NCBI GenBank assembly: GCA_035456885.1
Contig: DATICH010000161.1
Span: 1-57,706, forward strand
Direction of reading: 5' to 3'
Length of the DNA: 57,706 nucleotides
Source: Methyloceanibacter sp.
GTDB lineage: Bacteria; Pseudomonadota; Alphaproteobacteria; Rhizobiales; Methyloligellaceae
Under the pieces are notes generated by a model. The model searched no databases and had not been told where the DNA came from. It was given only the letters and a program-made list of their open reading frames with translations. Position numbers and translations under genes: made by a program. Positions 54,860 to 57,706 of this stretch are shown piece after piece. Each line of letters starts with the position of its first letter. Within the stretch, counting starts at the first letter, position 1.

Positions 54860-55260
54860 TGCGGATGGGCGACGCTCCGATGAGCTGGAAGACTGGCGGC
54901 TGCCATTGCGGTGCGGTGCGCTTCGAGGTGCTGGCGCCGGACGAGATCGAGGTGCGGGAATGTAATTGCTCGATATGCGCCAAGAGCGGCCATCTGCATT
55001 TGCACGTCGAGAAGGACCGATTCCGGCTGCTGCAAGGCGCCGACAAGATCGCGACCTACACATTCAATACCGGCACCGCGAAACATCATTTCTGCTCGGT
55101 CTGCGGCGTGAAGAGCTTCTACGTGCCGCGATCCAAGCCCGACGGCTATAGCGTCAATGTGCGCTGCCTCGACGACGGCCAGGTCACGGTCGTGAATGTC
55201 ACGCCGTTCGATGGTCAGCATTGGGAAGAGGCTTTCGCCGCCACGCAGGGAAAGCTGTAA
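54859..55260 (+). CDS. GFA/CENP-V family zinc protein
   Basis: GGCHCG, CNCSIC, HHFCSVCG, SFYVPRS.PDG.SVNVRCLD, FDGQHWE; start 54859, 54865 or 54880. Confidence 0.9.
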   Translation: MRMGDAPMSWKTGGCHCGAVRFEVLAPDEIEVRECNCSICAKSGHLHLHVEKDRFRLLQGADKIATYTFNTGTAKHHFCSVCGVKSFYVPRSKPDGYSVNVRCLDDGQVTVVNVTPFDGQHWEEAFAATQGKL

Positions 55261-55264
55261 TCCC

Positions 55265-56719
55265 ATGCCGACGCAGATCCTCATGCCGCAGCTCTCGCCC
55301 ACCATGGAGGAGGGCAAGCTCGCAAAATGGCACGTCAAGGAAGGCGACACCGTCCGGAGCGGCGACGTGGTGGCCGAGATCGAGACCGACAAGGCCACCA
55401 TGGAGGTCGAGGCGCCGGAGGACGGCAGAATCGACAAGCTGCTCGTCGCCGGCGGCACCGAGCATGTCCCGGTCAATTTCCCCATCGCCAATTTGCTGAC
55501 CGAGGACGAGGACGCAGCAACCTCCTCCACCTCTCCCCTGCGGGAAGAAGTCGCCCGCCGTAGCCCGCAGGACGAAGACCCGGCGGGTGAGGGGGGTCAT
55601 GCGCCAACTGATTCCGGAAGCCCCTCACCCCAACCCTCTCCCCAAAGGGGAGAGGGAGAGACCGAGCAGGTGATGCATCGGATCGCCCAGCAGATCAGGG
55701 GCAACGGCAAGCAAGATCACGTCCGTATCTTCGCTTCGCCCCTGGCGCGGCGGCTGGCGCGCGAATTCGGCCTCGATCTGCAAGAACTGAACGGCTCTGG
55801 CCCCCATGGCCGCATCGTCAAGGCCGATATCGAGCGCGCGGCGCGCGGAGCGATGCGCGCGGCCGAACCGGTGGAGGAACCGGTGGAGGAAGTGCCGGCC
55901 GAAACGGAAGAGGCCGAGGCAGTCGAGACGCGGCCACCGCAGGAGCTCGTCGCGCATCGCGCCGCGGCAGAGCCGGACGCCATGCCGGACAATCAGGTGC
56001 TGGCGCTGTATCAGCCAGGCTCCTACGAGATCGTGCCGCACGATACCATGCGCCGCTTCATCGCCGAGCGGCTTACGCTGTCGAAGCGCAGCATCCCGCA
56101 TTTCTATCTCGCCATCGACTTGGAGCTCGACGCGCTGATCGCCGCGCGCAAACGGCTTAACGATCTCGCGCCGAAGGAGGGCCCGCGCGCCTTCAAGCTC
56201 TCGGTCAACGACTTCATCATCAAGGCGATGGCCATGGCGTTGCAGACCGTGCCCGCCGCCAACGCCACCTGGACCGACCAGGGTATCTTGCGCCACCGCG
56301 CCTCGGACATTTCCGTGGCCGTGGCGCTCGAAGGCGGCGGCTTGCACACGCCGGTGATCCGCGACGCCGAGATCAAGAGCCTGTCGGAGATCTCCAACGA
56401 GATGCGCGACCTCGCCGCGCGCGCGCGCTCGAAGCGCCTTGCCCCGCATGAATATCAGGGCGGCAGCACCACCATCTCCAATCTCGGCATGTACGGCATC
56501 GACCGCTTCGACGCGGTGATCAACCCGCCGCAAGCCTCGATCCTCGCGGTCGGCCGCGCCGAGAAACGCGCGGTGGTGAAGGATGACATACTCAAGATCG
56601 CCACCATGATGAGCGTCACCTTGTCGGTCGATCACCGGGTGATCGACGGCGCGCTCGGCGCCGAGCTGCTCGCCGCCTTCAAGGCCTATATCGAAGACCC
56701 CGTGACCATGCTGGTTTAG
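55265..56719 (+). CDS. pdhC: Pyruvate dehydrogenase E2 dihydrolipoamide acetyltransferase
   Basis: Lipoyl ETDKA, E3-binding ASPLARRLA...GSGPHGRIVKAD, IPHFY, SNLGM, DHRVIDGA. Confidence 0.97.
   Translation: MPTQILMPQLSPTMEEGKLAKWHVKEGDTVRSGDVVAEIETDKATMEVEAPEDGRIDKLLVAGGTEHVPVNFPIANLLTEDEDAATSSTSPLREEVARRSPQDEDPAGEGGHAPTDSGSPSPQPSPQRGEGETEQVMHRIAQQIRGNGKQDHVRIFASPLARRLAREFGLDLQELNGSGPHGRIVKADIERAARGAMRAAEPVEEPVEEVPAETEEAEAVETRPPQELVAHRAAAEPDAMPDNQVLALYQPGSYEIVPHDTMRRFIAERLTLSKRSIPHFYLAIDLELDALIAARKRLNDLAPKEGPRAFKLSVNDFIIKAMAMALQTVPAANATWTDQGILRHRASDISVAVALEGGGLHTPVIRDAEIKSLSEISNEMRDLAARARSKRLAPHEYQGGSTTISNLGMYGIDRFDAVINPPQASILAVGRAEKRAVVKDDILKIATMMSVTLSVDHRVIDGALGAELLAAFKAYIEDPVTMLV
55530..55656. 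repeat. Palindromic interspersed-repeat-like element (CCCTCTCCCC...GGGGAGAGGG type) in frame within the pdhC linker
   Basis: Degenerate left hairpin CCTCTCCCC-TGC-GGGAAGAAG; GGGTGAGGGG (55585-55594) inverted to CCCCTCACCC (55621-55630); perfect right hairpin CCCTCTCCCC-AAA-GGGGAGAGGG (55634-55656). Confidence 0.75.
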
Positions 56720-56725
56720 GCGCGA

Positions 56726-57706
56726 TCAACCATCGCCATCCAGCACGCCATCATCGAGAAAATCGAGATTTGGCGTGAGCGTCATGCCAGGCGGCAGGGC
56801 AAGATCGTCGCCGCGCTGCACGGCCGCGCCGCCAAAACGTTCGGCGAGCACATCGATCGCCACCTCCAAGCGCCGCCGGCGACCAAAAGTGTCGAAGAGA
56901 CCGGTCTGCGAAACGTCCCCCGCTTTGGCGAGATCGTAGGCGGTCATGCCCACCAGCCGGAAGGGACCGGGATGCGTGAAGGCGTCAAGCAGCTCCATGC
57001 CGACTCTGTAGAGCTGTTCCGCCACATCGGTCGGCTCGGTGAGGCGCTGCTGTCGCGTGAAGATCTTGAAGTCGGCCGACTTGAGCTTCACGCCGACGCC
57101 AGCGGCAACAAGGCCTTTGCTCCGCAAACGCCGGGCGATCTTGTCGGCCGAGCGGCGCAGATGCAGCTTGATCTCGCCCTTGTCGCGCACGTCGCGCGCA
57201 AGCGTGTTCTCCGAGCCGATGCTCTTGGACGCTCTGTGTCCCTCGACGCGACGCGGGTCTTGCGCCCGGGCAAGTGTGTAGAAATGGAGGCCGAGCTTGC
57301 CGAGTTCCTTGGCGAGCAGCTTGGGATCGGCGGCGGCGACGTCGCCGATGGTACCGAGCCCGAGCGCCAGCAGCCGCGGCTCGGTCTTCTGACCCGCGCC
57401 CCATAGGCGCGACACCGGCATGGGTGCAAGCCACGCCTTGGCGGTGTCGGGCGGAACCACGGTGAGCCCATCGGGCTTGCGATGGCCGCTTGCCACTTTG
57501 GCGACGTATTTGGTCGCGGACAGCCCGACCGACACGGTCAAGCCCCCGGTCGCCTCGCGAATGGCGGCCTTCAGGCGGCGTCCCATCGTCTCCGGGTCGC
57601 CGAACAGCCGCTCCGCACCGGTCATGTCGAGGAAGGCCTCGTCGAGGCTCAAGGCTTCGACCTCGGGGGAGAAGTCGGCGAACACCCGCATGATCGAGGC
57701 CGAAAC
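56726..57706 (-). CDS. dinB: DNA polymerase IV (Y family), 5' end outside the window
   Basis: SLDEAFLD, SVGLS..KYVAKVAS...KPDG, LWGAG.K, KSIGSENT; the frame stays open to the window edge. Confidence 0.93.
   Translation of the reverse strand, partial: VSASIMRVFADFSPEVEALSLDEAFLDMTGAERLFGDPETMGRRLKAAIREATGGLTVSVGLSATKYVAKVASGHRKPDGLTVVPPDTAKAWLAPMPVSRLWGAGQKTEPRLLALGLGTIGDVAAADPKLLAKELGKLGLHFYTLARAQDPRRVEGHRASKSIGSENTLARDVRDKGEIKLHLRRSADKIARRLRSKGLVAAGVGVKLKSADFKIFTRQQRLTEPTDVAEQLYRVGMELLDAFTHPGPFRLVGMTAYDLAKAGDVSQTGLFDTFGRRRRLEVAIDVLAERFGGAAVQRGDDLALPPGMTLTPNLDFLDDGVLDGDG

Noticed and set aside
53441-55500. Near-duplicate DNA at the starts of pdhB and pdhC
   Set aside because: Explained by homologous lipoyl domains; a lipoylated E1-beta is established in alphaproteobacteria
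55865-55891. 12-bp tandem repeat GAACCGGTGGAG in pdhC
   Set aside because: A short duplication in a low-complexity acidic linker with no sign of wider significance

Overview
A GC-rich alphaproteobacterial core-genome segment. Gene order and protein features point to Hyphomicrobiales, possibly Hyphomicrobium/Methyloceanibacter-like; this is inference, not a database match. In order: end of nuoM, nuoN, birA, rnj, mce, DUF1467, a probable minus-strand sRNA, proS, lolC/E, lolD, dnaE, the rpsB-tsf-pyrH-frr-uppS-cdsA-dxr-rseP-bamA-lpxD-fabZ-lpxA-lpxI cluster (no lpxB), gltA, gltX, comEC, lexA, moeA-moaC-trpC-trpD-trpG-sixA-trpE-ppiD, tpiA, a secreted hypothetical protein, secG, pyrG, kdsA, a queuosine (preQ1) cluster (queF, queD, queE ... 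queC) interrupted by a DASS transporter and a c-type cytochrome, a lipoprotein, two GFA-family genes, eno, ftsB, pdhABC and a partial dinB. I saw no rRNA, tRNA, CRISPR array, prophage or IS element, and I cannot claim a wholly new multi-gene system. The best leads are: (i) an unannotated ~225-nt sRNA upstream of proS with its own promoter, terminator and Shine-Dalgarno-mimic motifs (possible sponge); (ii) a palindromic repeat element lying in frame in the PdhC linker; (iii) N-terminal in-frame stop codons in comEC and the cytochrome c gene; (iv) absence of lpxB from its usual position; (v) a que cluster with a Cys-less QueD motif and an embedded transporter; (vi) several apparently leaderless promoters plus LexA-, CtrA- and PhaR-like operators.
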